A DNA stretch of 64,000 nucleotides from Candidatus Hermodarchaeota archaeon. GTDB taxonomy: Archaea > Asgardarchaeota > Hermodarchaeia > Hermodarchaeales > Hermodarchaeaceae. Every line of letters begins with the position of its first letter. Position 1 is the stretch's first letter. Positions 17,876 to 26,760 of the stretch are shown here, in pieces. The notes beneath the pieces are model-generated. The model searched no databases and was not told where the DNA came from. It saw only the letters and a program-made list of their open reading frames with translations. The position numbers and the translations under genes are program-made. The stretch is taken from positions 33,629 through 97,628 of the forward strand of contig JAEOTB010000010.1 in the NCBI GenBank assembly GCA_016840065.1, in the 5' to 3' direction.

Positions 17876-19372
17876 TTAAAGGAAGGATTCATCAGTTACA
17901 GAGTGTTCTCCAGTGGCTTCACTTATTCTAGTTTCAACAAGATAAAGCTCCCGGCTCAATGAACGATATTGCTTGAAGAAACTTTCGTTAGAGATTTTTC
18001 CTTCATCGAATTGCCGCTTCAATAACTTCAACGTAGCTTGGAGGCTATACTTCTGTTGCCGTAACTGAAAGATATGGTCGTGGGTGAGCGGACCCACCTT
18101 GCTTCTAGAAGGGGGGTAGAGTGTAGGTGTATGGCTTTGCGGTGAAGTAGGATGAGGGCGCCGAATCGAGGGAACTGAGGGGAGATCATTGGTAACTGCC
18201 TGATCTATTAGTTTATCTAGCGCATTGCGTAGCGCCATAATATCCACTTTCAGTTCTGTCACTCGTATAGATCCCTTTATAGTAACAAGACTGTGTTCGC
18301 TGAAATTCTGGGCTAAAGTAATGGTCTTTGAAATCTCCTGGAGTGTTTCAGAAGACCCCCGAAGCCTTAATTCCTCATCATCAGTAATGACAATAAGTCT
18401 TCGGCGGAGGCGCCCCTCCTCTCTTATACCAGTAATCGCTGGCAGAGGTAGAGAACGAATCACAGATGTGTCACGCTTAATCAAACCGGTTTGACCTAGA
18501 AACAGGAGTCGTCGGGTTGTCACGAAAAGAGTGCCTTGGCTCATCCTTTTTCCTGTCTCTGTTTTACCCAGACTGATAGAGGGAATTGCAGCAACAGCCT
18601 TTTCCTCTTCACCGATGTCAAGGTGATCAGAGTATTTAGTAAATATCGTGTGCCAGCGCTGCAGAGGTTGTAGGTCTTGTTCGATTGTCTCTAACACATC
18701 TTTTAATTCCTTAACTAGCTCTATGCAATACGTTTCGTAATCGTCGATGTCCTCTTGGATGCCCTCTATTAGTCCTGCTAGAAGTGGAAAATCTGAAACC
18801 TGCCATTTTTCTGGATGGATGAATCTTGCTTTGCTTGCTCTGTGTCGTTCAACTATCTTTTGAGCTCGAAATAATATTCGTTCATTTACTGCTGGAATAG
18901 CTTTCGTGATAAGTTCCAGTAAATTCTTCTCTATCTCAGGATTGTGGAGAAAACCGCCTGTACGAAGCTCTCTAATCTGCCACCGTACTGTTCTCAAGCG
19001 GGTAGCAAACCCTGTTAGTAATTCATGTCCCACTCGAAGCTCATAGTAAGCTGTGCGAAATCGGCTAACTAGGTTCTGCCGCATGTTGTGTATTGGTGTC
19101 ACGTTGTCTGAATTGCAGTTAACACATAGGTTCTCACGGCGGGTTGCAAGTTGTGCTGGCTCTCCGCATTCTCTGCAAACTGTCCCCTCATCAGTTTGCT
19201 CAATGGCACTAGGACCACACCGACTACAGGTATCGAATTCACTTACTTTGTGTCGAGAACATTTAACGCAGAAAACATAACCACAATCCATGCAGCACCG
19301 CTCAACTACACGGATGCGGCACACGGGACACAACGAATTGTTACTTTGTGGTCCTTGTTTTGGTAGGGACAT
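17876..19372 (-). CDS. ESCRT-associated multidomain protein: Zn fingers (FYVE-like), helical region, PH/GRAM domain, Vps23/37 steadiness box
   Basis: CMDCGYVFCVKCS plus further CxxC pairs; QGTLFVTTRRLLF; LKRQFDEGKISNESFFKQYRSLSRELY. Confidence 0.75.
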   Translation of the reverse strand: MSLPKQGPQSNNSLCPVCRIRVVERCCMDCGYVFCVKCSRHKVSEFDTCSRCGPSAIEQTDEGTVCRECGEPAQLATRRENLCVNCNSDNVTPIHNMRQNLVSRFRTAYYELRVGHELLTGFATRLRTVRWQIRELRTGGFLHNPEIEKNLLELITKAIPAVNERILFRAQKIVERHRASKARFIHPEKWQVSDFPLLAGLIEGIQEDIDDYETYCIELVKELKDVLETIEQDLQPLQRWHTIFTKYSDHLDIGEEEKAVAAIPSISLGKTETGKRMSQGTLFVTTRRLLFLGQTGLIKRDTSVIRSLPLPAITGIREEGRLRRRLIVITDDEELRLRGSSETLQEISKTITLAQNFSEHSLVTIKGSIRVTELKVDIMALRNALDKLIDQAVTNDLPSVPSIRRPHPTSPQSHTPTLYPPSRSKVGPLTHDHIFQLRQQKYSLQATLKLLKRQFDEGKISNESFFKQYRSLSRELYLVETRISEATGEHSVTDESFL

Positions 19373-19442
19373 GGTTCAACGTCAATGGAGTTGTAGAAAT
19401 AGTTTTCGTGAGACTACGAGACGCCTACAGAATGCAAAGAGG

Positions 19443-20192
19443 TCAGGTCTCGGGGCGACGAGAAGAAGATTGAGGGCGCCTAATAAGGAAGCTCTCTAAC
19501 CCGCGGGGAGATGGAAAATCAATTAATAAAATCCTCTTGCGAAGAGGTAAAGCTACATTGAAGATAGGTGTTGTTCCCACTAGACCTTGTTTTAACCCTT
19601 GGTGAGCGTGACCATGAACAGCCAAGGTTGGATTGTGCTTCTTGAGTAGTGCTTCAACGCGGCGGGACCCCATCTGGGGAAGTGCACGTCTCATTTCACC
19701 ACTGAGAGTCTTGAAAGATGGAGAATAATGCGAGAGAAGAATAGTGTGTTCAGCTTCGGAACTTGCTTTAGCGAGGAGTGTATCCAATGTTTTTACACGT
19801 CTAGTGTAACGATTACGGATTCCTTTCACATATCTAGACTGCCAGAAGGTCGGCTGATCAAGAACACCTCTCGTGCCCACAATCGCTACCCGCTCCGCGT
19901 TTAATGAGGTGATTCTCATCTCGTCATCTAGAAAGGTGATGACATCTTTAGTTCTCCTCCGTAATTCATCTTTTATTGTATCGTACTCGTCATTACCAAA
20001 AACTGCAAATATTGGGCAGTTTAGCTCTGCCAGAAGTTCTGTTAAAGGGTTTATGGCATCGACGTTACCACGATTTACCAAATCGCCTGCCAGTAATAAC
20101 AATGATGGACTACTAGATAGTTGGTTCAGGGACTTAACAAAGGATTCCCTGAATCGGGGCCAGTGTATGTCGCTTGTTGCGGCGAGATGCAA
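19443..20192 (-). CDS. Calcineurin-like metallophosphoesterase
   Basis: SDIH, AGDL, GNDE, LSH and HGHAH motifs. Confidence 0.9.
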   Translation of the reverse strand: MHLAATSDIHWPRFRESFVKSLNQLSSSPSLLLLAGDLVNRGNVDAINPLTELLAELNCPIFAVFGNDEYDTIKDELRRRTKDVITFLDDEMRITSLNAERVAIVGTRGVLDQPTFWQSRYVKGIRNRYTRRVKTLDTLLAKASSEAEHTILLSHYSPSFKTLSGEMRRALPQMGSRRVEALLKKHNPTLAVHGHAHQGLKQGLVGTTPIFNVALPLRKRILLIDFPSPRGLESFLIRRPQSSSRRPET

Positions 20193-20216
20193 GTGTTTTT
20201 CCTCTTTAATTAAGTG

Positions 20217-21143
20217 TTAAAGGGCAGCAAAGATGAAATTTATTAGACCTAGGAAAGCACCGAGTTTATCAGCTAGGCTAGCGCGGGAGGCATTTTTCCT
20301 CGGATTTCGCAAGATTAGGATGGCAGAGGCAGCAACACAAATGGTTCCTGGGACGAGTAGAATTATGTAAAGGGGACCGGTCCAAGGTAAACCAAACCAC
20401 GTCCACCCAACCCAATTCACGAGATATGGCAATAGGAAGCCTGAAACACCAATTACATTGAATACAGCAGCAATTCTTGCAGCTGTACGTACCCCATATT
20501 TCCGCGCAAGAGTTTGTACATCGCGTAGCTCATCACCCTCAATGTCTTCTATCCCCTTTATCGCTTCTCGACCTTGAAGGACACTGGCAGCAGTAATGAA
20601 GTAAATCCAAATGACTGGAGGTATTAAAGGAGAAGTGATAAGTGCGCCATAGAATAAGCCAAAGGCGAAGCTAACAGAAACAGCGAAATTACCCAAGAGA
20701 CCCATTACCTTTCCCTTTGCGGCATAGAGTAGGCCAACAAGGCAGAAGAGGGCGGCAATTGCTAATGTCCAAACCTCAACAGCGGACAGAGATATTGTAA
20801 AGAAGGAAAAAAGAAGACCAAAGAAGACAAGAATAACTGTCCATACTTTGGCTTGCCGAATCGACATTTCCCCACTTGGGAGTGGGCGGGTGGGTCGGTT
20901 TACCTTGTCAATTTCAAGATCGTAAATGTCGTTTACGACATTCCCTGCAGCGGCAATGCACAGATAGGTTATCGAGGCTAGAAGTAAAATCCACCCTAAT
21001 GGTGTTGTAAATAAGTGGGTCAGGTCAAAATAACCGGTGCCAGTTGTAAATCTGTAGCTTGTCAGAACTCCAATTATAACGGTAAGGGCTCCGACGAAAG
21101 TGTTTCCTGGACGTGTGATGGTGATGAATGCCTTCAGAGACAT
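20217..21143 (-). CDS. Digeranylgeranylglyceryl phosphate synthase (UbiA family)
   Basis: NDIYDLEIDKVNRPTRPLPSG, REAIKGIEDIEGD, multiple TM helices. Confidence 0.9.
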   Translation of the reverse strand: MSLKAFITITRPGNTFVGALTVIIGVLTSYRFTTGTGYFDLTHLFTTPLGWILLLASITYLCIAAAGNVVNDIYDLEIDKVNRPTRPLPSGEMSIRQAKVWTVILVFFGLLFSFFTISLSAVEVWTLAIAALFCLVGLLYAAKGKVMGLLGNFAVSVSFAFGLFYGALITSPLIPPVIWIYFITAASVLQGREAIKGIEDIEGDELRDVQTLARKYGVRTAARIAAVFNVIGVSGFLLPYLVNWVGWTWFGLPWTGPLYIILLVPGTICVAASAILILRNPRKNASRASLADKLGAFLGLINFIFAAL

Positions 21144-21319
21144 GGAATATTGCCTCGGTTACTGTTTCTGTTGTGTCTCTTGTTATAAATAGACATTACG
21201 TTTAGTACAAGGTCAAGGAATAGTTTCGATGAACACCCCTTTCGTTGTCTGTCTACCATAATTTCTTGTCATGAATACCCAATTAAAGGTAGTCTAACCT
21301 GGAAAAGACTGGGTTTTGC

Positions 21320-22297
21320 ATGGAGTCCGATGGAGCACCTCACATTATTCGGGAGCTCCCTAGTTTAAAGAGCCAGATAAAACTCGGTTATACGATAAAA
21401 GGGAGCGAGGCACACCCTTTCAATCTCATGCTGAAGGATTTCCGTAACCTAGTAATTTTGGGTGAACATGCTAAGGATATCTACTACCTTTTCTTAAGTC
21501 AGCTCTGTGACCAACTTCAGTTACCAATTGTAGTTCTCAAAGAAAAAAATGAAGATGACCTTGAGAGCTTGATTTGTGAGATTCCAATCTGGCATCTAGA
21601 CACTGAAGTCAGTCAGTTAATCCTAAATCCATTAGATTTAGGAGACAAGGCCACACCTATTCACGCCCACATCCTAGCCAGCATACTCTCGCATACTTAC
21701 AAATTATCCCTTAAAGCACAGAAGCTTCTCCAAGTTGCGATATGGAGTACCATCAAAACTAGTCCAAAGCCGTCACTCCAAGAACTTCGCCAAAGCCTTC
21801 AATATTTTGAAGAACATGAAGCTACTCACAACGAACTACATTACTTGCTAGAGGCTCTTGACAAAGCCAACATCTTTGGTTCCTTCGACAATGTATCACT
21901 CGGTCGGTTTCACTCTGTACCAACAATCCTCTCAGTGCCAAGAAATAGTAGAGGCCGCCTCGTAGCAAATCTACTTCTATTGAAGCTCCTTGCGGGTCAA
22001 GTTTTAGCTCTGCCCCCTCTGGTAATCTTCGATCTTCCCCTTGATACTCTTCTTATCGAATTACTCTTCAGGAGTTATGCGACTAGCGGTGATTTTCTCC
22101 TCTTTCTTGATTCAAAGGGGAGGTTCCCTCAACTAGAATCACAGATTCCCTATAATTTAATTTTCTCAGCTTTGAGTGAATCCTCCACTTTTTGCAGGCA
22201 ATTATCAACAAAAGAACGTGACATTCTCCAAAGCCATCATGATTTAGTCGCTGTGAAACTATTCAACAAACCCCTACAGCTAGTAAATGTATTCTAA
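21320..22297 (+). CDS. Degenerate HerA/VirB4-like ATPase-fold protein
   Basis: RNLVILG (Walker A lost), LILNPLD, helical insert. Confidence 0.45.
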   Translation: MESDGAPHIIRELPSLKSQIKLGYTIKGSEAHPFNLMLKDFRNLVILGEHAKDIYYLFLSQLCDQLQLPIVVLKEKNEDDLESLICEIPIWHLDTEVSQLILNPLDLGDKATPIHAHILASILSHTYKLSLKAQKLLQVAIWSTIKTSPKPSLQELRQSLQYFEEHEATHNELHYLLEALDKANIFGSFDNVSLGRFHSVPTILSVPRNSRGRLVANLLLLKLLAGQVLALPPLVIFDLPLDTLLIELLFRSYATSGDFLLFLDSKGRFPQLESQIPYNLIFSALSESSTFCRQLSTKERDILQSHHDLVAVKLFNKPLQLVNVF

Positions 22298-22353
22298 GCT
22301 GGATTTGGGCGAATATTTATCTAGTAATCCTATCTTGGAAAATAACGGTTGCA

Positions 22354-22554
22354 TTAGACGAGTTTCTGTAATTTCTCATCAACTCGAGCTATTTGATCCT
22401 TATCACCGAGGCGCACATACATATCTCTTGCCTGTGTATAGAGCTCCTTCGCCTTTTCTATCTCACCAATGCTCGCGTGATGATCTGCTAGCTCCTCAAG
22501 GTATGCAGCCTTTTTCTGGAAATATCCGCTAATCTGATCACTTGGCTTCGACAT
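22354..22554 (-). CDS. Small TPR-like helical protein
   Basis: LADHHASIGEIEKAKELYTQA TPR consensus. Confidence 0.65.
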   Translation of the reverse strand: MSKPSDQISGYFQKKAAYLEELADHHASIGEIEKAKELYTQARDMYVRLGDKDQIARVDEKLQKLV

Positions 22555-22614
22555 AGGTTTTCAATAATCACTTTCGCAGAATTGCATATTAAGCTAGTGA
22601 TGCATCTACTCAGT

Positions 22615-23976
22615 CTAAGGAACAAGACGTGTACGATCACGAGGGAAGAGACAGGTTTCTCGGATATTCTTGTAACCGAGCATCTGCATCGTTAGACGTT
22701 CCACACCAACAGCAAGCCCCCCGTGCGGCGGGGCACCATATTTGAAAGGCTCGATATAGAAAGCAAAGGTTTTGGGGTCAAGACCAGCTTCCTTCAGTTT
22801 ATCTACAAGCATATCATATTGGTGAATTCGTTGACCGCCAGTTGTAATCTCCATTCCTCGATAGACGAGATCAAATCCTCGAGTAAGGGTGGGATCAGAA
22901 TCTAGCGGCATCGTATAGAAGGGACGAATTGAAGCAGGATAGCGGGTTAGGAAATAGAAATCCTCTCCAGTCTCTCGTTTTACATATTGATGCAGCATCT
23001 CTTCGCCTTCACTGGAAATATCAATATCAGAGAGTATTTTCAGCCCCTCACTCCTCAAAATTTTCACAGCCTCTTCTATTTCGATTCGTCGAATCGGGAG
23101 GCGTGGTGTCTGAATGTCTACGCCAAGTTCTTTCAGCTCTTCTGAACAATACTTCTGTACGGCTGTAAAGGTTGATTTCAGCATTTTTTCTTCCATTTGC
23201 ATGACGTCTTCTTCGTTACGAATCCAAGCCATTTCGAAATCAAAGCTAGTGTACTCGTTCAGATGGCGTGGAGTATTGTGTTTCTCTGCACGATACACCG
23301 GTGCTACTTCATAGACCCTGTCGAAGCCACCTACAAGGCATAGCTGTTTATAGAATTGAGGGCTTTGGGCTAGGAAGGCCTCTCTTTCAAAGTATTTAAC
23401 GGAGAACAGGTCGGCTCCTCCTTCAGTCGCTGTTGCAACAATTTTCGGTGTATGAATCTCTCGAAACCCCTTGGTTTCTAGGAAGCGTCGCATCCGCGAG
23501 ATTGTAAAATGTTGGATCTTGAAGAGCAATTGGTTTTCATGGCGGCGCAGATCAATAACTCGGTGGTCAAGTCTGGTGTCTATATCCGCCTTGGTCTTTC
23601 CTGATATATCTAGAGGCAGAGTAGCAGGTGCGTGGTTTATGATAACTATGCGTTCAGGTACAATTTCGACACCCCGTCGTGCTTGTTCCTCTCTTTTTAC
23701 CCGTCCTACAATTGCTACAGCATATTCGTTGTCTAGTTTCTCCAAGATTTCCAGTAATTGTGGGTCTGTCCGTTTGTGATGTAAGATACACTGGGTGAGT
23801 CCTTCCCGGTCTCGTATAATTAAGAAGCTAAGCTTCCCGAGTGGTCGGATACGCTGAACGTGTCCCATTATTGTTACACGTCGACCTTCCATTTCAGGCT
23901 TCAATTGAGAGGAGTAGTGGGTTCGGTTAAGCCTACCGAGGGGATTAGCAGGGCTAATAGTTCGTGAAGGGGTCAT
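22615..23976 (-). CDS. aspS: Aspartyl-tRNA synthetase (archaeal type)
   Basis: OB fold, [33 protein letters not shown]. Confidence 0.97.
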   Translation of the reverse strand: MTPSRTISPANPLGRLNRTHYSSQLKPEMEGRRVTIMGHVQRIRPLGKLSFLIIRDREGLTQCILHHKRTDPQLLEILEKLDNEYAVAIVGRVKREEQARRGVEIVPERIVIINHAPATLPLDISGKTKADIDTRLDHRVIDLRRHENQLLFKIQHFTISRMRRFLETKGFREIHTPKIVATATEGGADLFSVKYFEREAFLAQSPQFYKQLCLVGGFDRVYEVAPVYRAEKHNTPRHLNEYTSFDFEMAWIRNEEDVMQMEEKMLKSTFTAVQKYCSEELKELGVDIQTPRLPIRRIEIEEAVKILRSEGLKILSDIDISSEGEEMLHQYVKRETGEDFYFLTRYPASIRPFYTMPLDSDPTLTRGFDLVYRGMEITTGGQRIHQYDMLVDKLKEAGLDPKTFAFYIEPFKYGAPPHGGLAVGVERLTMQMLGYKNIRETCLFPRDRTRLVP

Positions 23977-24025
23977 CGAGAAACGCCTCGCCCTTTCCTA
24001 AGCTAATGGCGACTTAAACTTTTAG

Positions 24026-24604
24026 CTAAAGACCAATTAAGCGGCGCAGTTCCTTCATAATTTTATCAATCGCTGGAGTATTCAGGGCTGCAACCGCTTT
24101 CTCGGCAGGCTCGATGAAGTCTTTGAATAGGGATTTAGGAGAACGACCTGCTTGAACCAACTGAAGAGCATGAAGAACATTGGCCAGCCGATCAGCCGCC
24201 TCAACTATGAGGGCTTCTCGACTCGACTGCCCCTGATAATCTTTCCACGCCTCTTCAAGGGGAGGACGAAGCTTTGAGGGGAGTTCACCAATAAGAGAAG
24301 ACATTACTTGGTTTTCTGCTTCCCTTTTCACATCAAAAAATTCTTGGAGTTCCTCTGTTGGGTCACGCGGAATATCTCCTAGACGAGATTCTGGTAGGTC
24401 ATGGAACATCGCCATCAAGAATATCCTTTCGATATCTACCTTTTCACCAGTTAATCTGGCTAGAAGATAGGCAATGACTGTTACTGAATGAGAGTGAGCA
24501 GCTACATTTTCCGCAGTAGCTGATGGAATACCACGTAGCAACCAGCCAACTCTTAGAACCCATTTTAGATTATCAGCAGCCTGTAAGAAATCAAGTATAC
24601 CCAT
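24026..24604 (-). CDS. HD-domain 5'-deoxynucleotidase (YfbR/HDDC2-like)
   Basis: LKWVLRVGW, ENVAAHS, HDLPE...GDI, ADRL. Confidence 0.9.
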   Translation of the reverse strand: MGILDFLQAADNLKWVLRVGWLLRGIPSATAENVAAHSHSVTVIAYLLARLTGEKVDIERIFLMAMFHDLPESRLGDIPRDPTEELQEFFDVKREAENQVMSSLIGELPSKLRPPLEEAWKDYQGQSSREALIVEAADRLANVLHALQLVQAGRSPKSLFKDFIEPAEKAVAALNTPAIDKIMKELRRLIGL

Positions 24605-24627
24605 TTGAAAACACCAACTAGTTACGA

Positions 24628-25020
24628 TTATTTAAAGAGCTTTGATATTTCTCTACCAAAATGCCTAAACACTGAAACAGTATGTCCAAGTGCTTCAATT
24701 TTAACCCCTGCGCCAATCAGAACAAGTGGCCCAGCGTCAGTAACAATGATATAGCCCTTTTCTCCCCGAACAATGAGTTCGTATAATGGATCAAATTTCA
24801 ACTTGGTAGCTGCTTCGACTCCAGTCTGTAATAAGACTGCTGAAATTGCCGACATCAAGTCTGGGTCGATATCCACTCCTTTTGTTGCGCTATAGGCAAC
24901 ACGCCGTCCACCTTTCGTGACTGCAGCTAGGGTCTCTAACTCGGTGAATTGGGTAATCTCCCGCAGCATCAATACTAGTTGCTGTGCTTCGTTCTCGCCC
25001 ATCACAAACGGTTGCAACAA
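24628..25020 (-). CDS. Roadblock/LC7 domain protein
   Basis: AVTKGG, DPDLMSAISA, ELIVRGEKGYIIV. Confidence 0.88.
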   Translation of the reverse strand: MLQPFVMGENEAQQLVLMLREITQFTELETLAAVTKGGRRVAYSATKGVDIDPDLMSAISAVLLQTGVEAATKLKFDPLYELIVRGEKGYIIVTDAGPLVLIGAGVKIEALGHTVSVFRHFGREISKLFK

Positions 25021-25056
25021 TTTTCCCTCTTTGATGTTAATCTATACCTGCAAGCC

Positions 25057-25875
25057 TTACCTACTAGCCTCCGTTCCAGAAGATCGCACCAGTTCTGCTA
25101 GATGACGTTTTTCAACTTGATACTCCTGTTCTTTGACCTGTTTCAGGAATTCCACAGCTAGTACTTGTCCATTCTGAATCACTATTCTAGGAGTGTAACC
25201 CTGCGCGAAGAGGACACCTTCAGGTAAGCTATCTATCCGTTGTAGTCGATGGGTTACTGTTCTCTTTCCTAAAACAGATGTTGCTTCTTCTGTAATAGCA
25301 AAGGCGTCAAATCCTACTAGTACAAATTCCCTCCGAAAGCCAGGAACGGGCTCTAGCTGTTTTACTTGTTCGATGATTTCCTCACTTGTATGAGGAACCT
25401 GAACCGTTTTTTGTCTTGAAGTTTGTGTTGCTGTCCTAGCTGCTACAACGCTACTATAATCAGGACTAGGCTTTGGAGTCGCAGCTGGTTTCGGTTTTGC
25501 TACTGGCTTCGGAGTTGTATCTGACGGCGGTGTGAAGGGAGTTTCTGAGGGTTTTGAGGCCGCATCGTCGGGACGTGAGGTAGGCGCTTGACCCATGGCT
25601 TGAAGAAACTCCTCATCCTCTTCTCCCGCATCTTCTGACACAATCTTATAAGCCAGCCCTCTACCACCACGAATACCCTGTGCAGACCGGGCGGCAATGA
25701 ATTTCTTCCGGACAGGCGCATCAGCACCTTTCCAAATCCAGATACGCTTCAGCTCATCATCAATGACGATAAGGACTTGATCTACTTTCATATGAGAGCT
25801 AGCAGGTTCATCACCAGTAATCTGATCGACTTCGCCCGTATCTCTAACACTAAGCAATACCAAATTGTCGGCCAA
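25057..25875 (-). CDS. One-domain gelsolin with a Pro-rich linker and C-terminal extra domain (1DGelX-like)
   Basis: QVLIVID...RIWIWKGADA...KFIAA...DAGEEDEEF gelsolin repeat. Confidence 0.8.
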   Translation of the reverse strand: MADNLVLLSVRDTGEVDQITGDEPASSHMKVDQVLIVIDDELKRIWIWKGADAPVRKKFIAARSAQGIRGGRGLAYKIVSEDAGEEDEEFLQAMGQAPTSRPDDAASKPSETPFTPPSDTTPKPVAKPKPAATPKPSPDYSSVVAARTATQTSRQKTVQVPHTSEEIIEQVKQLEPVPGFRREFVLVGFDAFAITEEATSVLGKRTVTHRLQRIDSLPEGVLFAQGYTPRIVIQNGQVLAVEFLKQVKEQEYQVEKRHLAELVRSSGTEASR

Positions 25876-26054
25876 CAGAAGTTCAGCTCCAGCTCAATAG
25901 TTTACCTTTTGTATTAATAATATAAAGCGTTTATCTACCAACAGCCAAGATATTACAGTAACCAATAACTCGTACAAAGAAAACTTTTTGTGTTCACACC
26001 TCTTAGAAGGCGTAGCGAATTTAAACATCTATCTATTGATTAGGAGAGCATAAT

Positions 26055-26690
26055 ATGCGTCTAATTCTTCTTGGTGGAATGACTACGGGCATCGCCCTAA
26101 CTTTACTTGGGATAGCGATATTTCTTGACCCAAGTATCGCCTTTCTTGCCTATCTCGGTTGCGTGGTTTGCACAGGGATAGTTGTTGCTTGTGCAGTGGT
26201 GAATAGCTTAACGACCTGGCCTGGGTTTGTACACCCTGATGACAGGCTCTGGTCAAACATCCTAGCCTACCTCCTCACCCTCTTTTCAATTCTTACTCTT
26301 GGCCGCTTCCTTAAAGAAGACATACGTGCTGATTGGTGGTTCACTTTACTGTTCAACATTGGTACATTACTCCTGTTGGCTCTGATTTTAGTCCTAAGCC
26401 TTATTGGTTTAAGTGGCAGATTTCGACCGAAGGGTCTCACAGAGAAAGAAAAAGCCAAGGACCGTTCCAAGGAGGTTGCGTCTCGTCTAATCCTCTTTGC
26501 ACTACTCGTCGGTGCAGTTATGGCAGCTGGCCAAACAGGCCTAATACTTCTATGGGATTACTTCTATACAACGTACGGTTCGCCCCTTAGTTACTACTAT
26601 ATCTCAGTCACTATTGGAAGTCTAACGACTCTAATCCTGTTCAGTCTAGGGATTGTACTACGCGCAAAATACGAAGCGGTTCGAACATAG
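26055..26690 (+). CDS. Membrane protein (about 6 TM helices)
   Basis: Multiple hydrophobic segments; AGGAG upstream. Confidence 0.75.
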   Translation: MRLILLGGMTTGIALTLLGIAIFLDPSIAFLAYLGCVVCTGIVVACAVVNSLTTWPGFVHPDDRLWSNILAYLLTLFSILTLGRFLKEDIRADWWFTLLFNIGTLLLLALILVLSLIGLSGRFRPKGLTEKEKAKDRSKEVASRLILFALLVGAVMAAGQTGLILLWDYFYTTYGSPLSYYYISVTIGSLTTLILFSLGIVLRAKYEAVRT

Positions 26691-26760
26691 TAATCACTGA
26701 ATAATTTAGCTCTGTACAAAGAATGAAGTGGGTTAGCATACAGCAAACTCGCTTCACTTT

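Noticed and set aside
22354-22554. 66-aa protein as an alpha-SNAP, Rpn7 or MIT homologue
   Set aside because: A single generic TPR-like unit is too short to assign.
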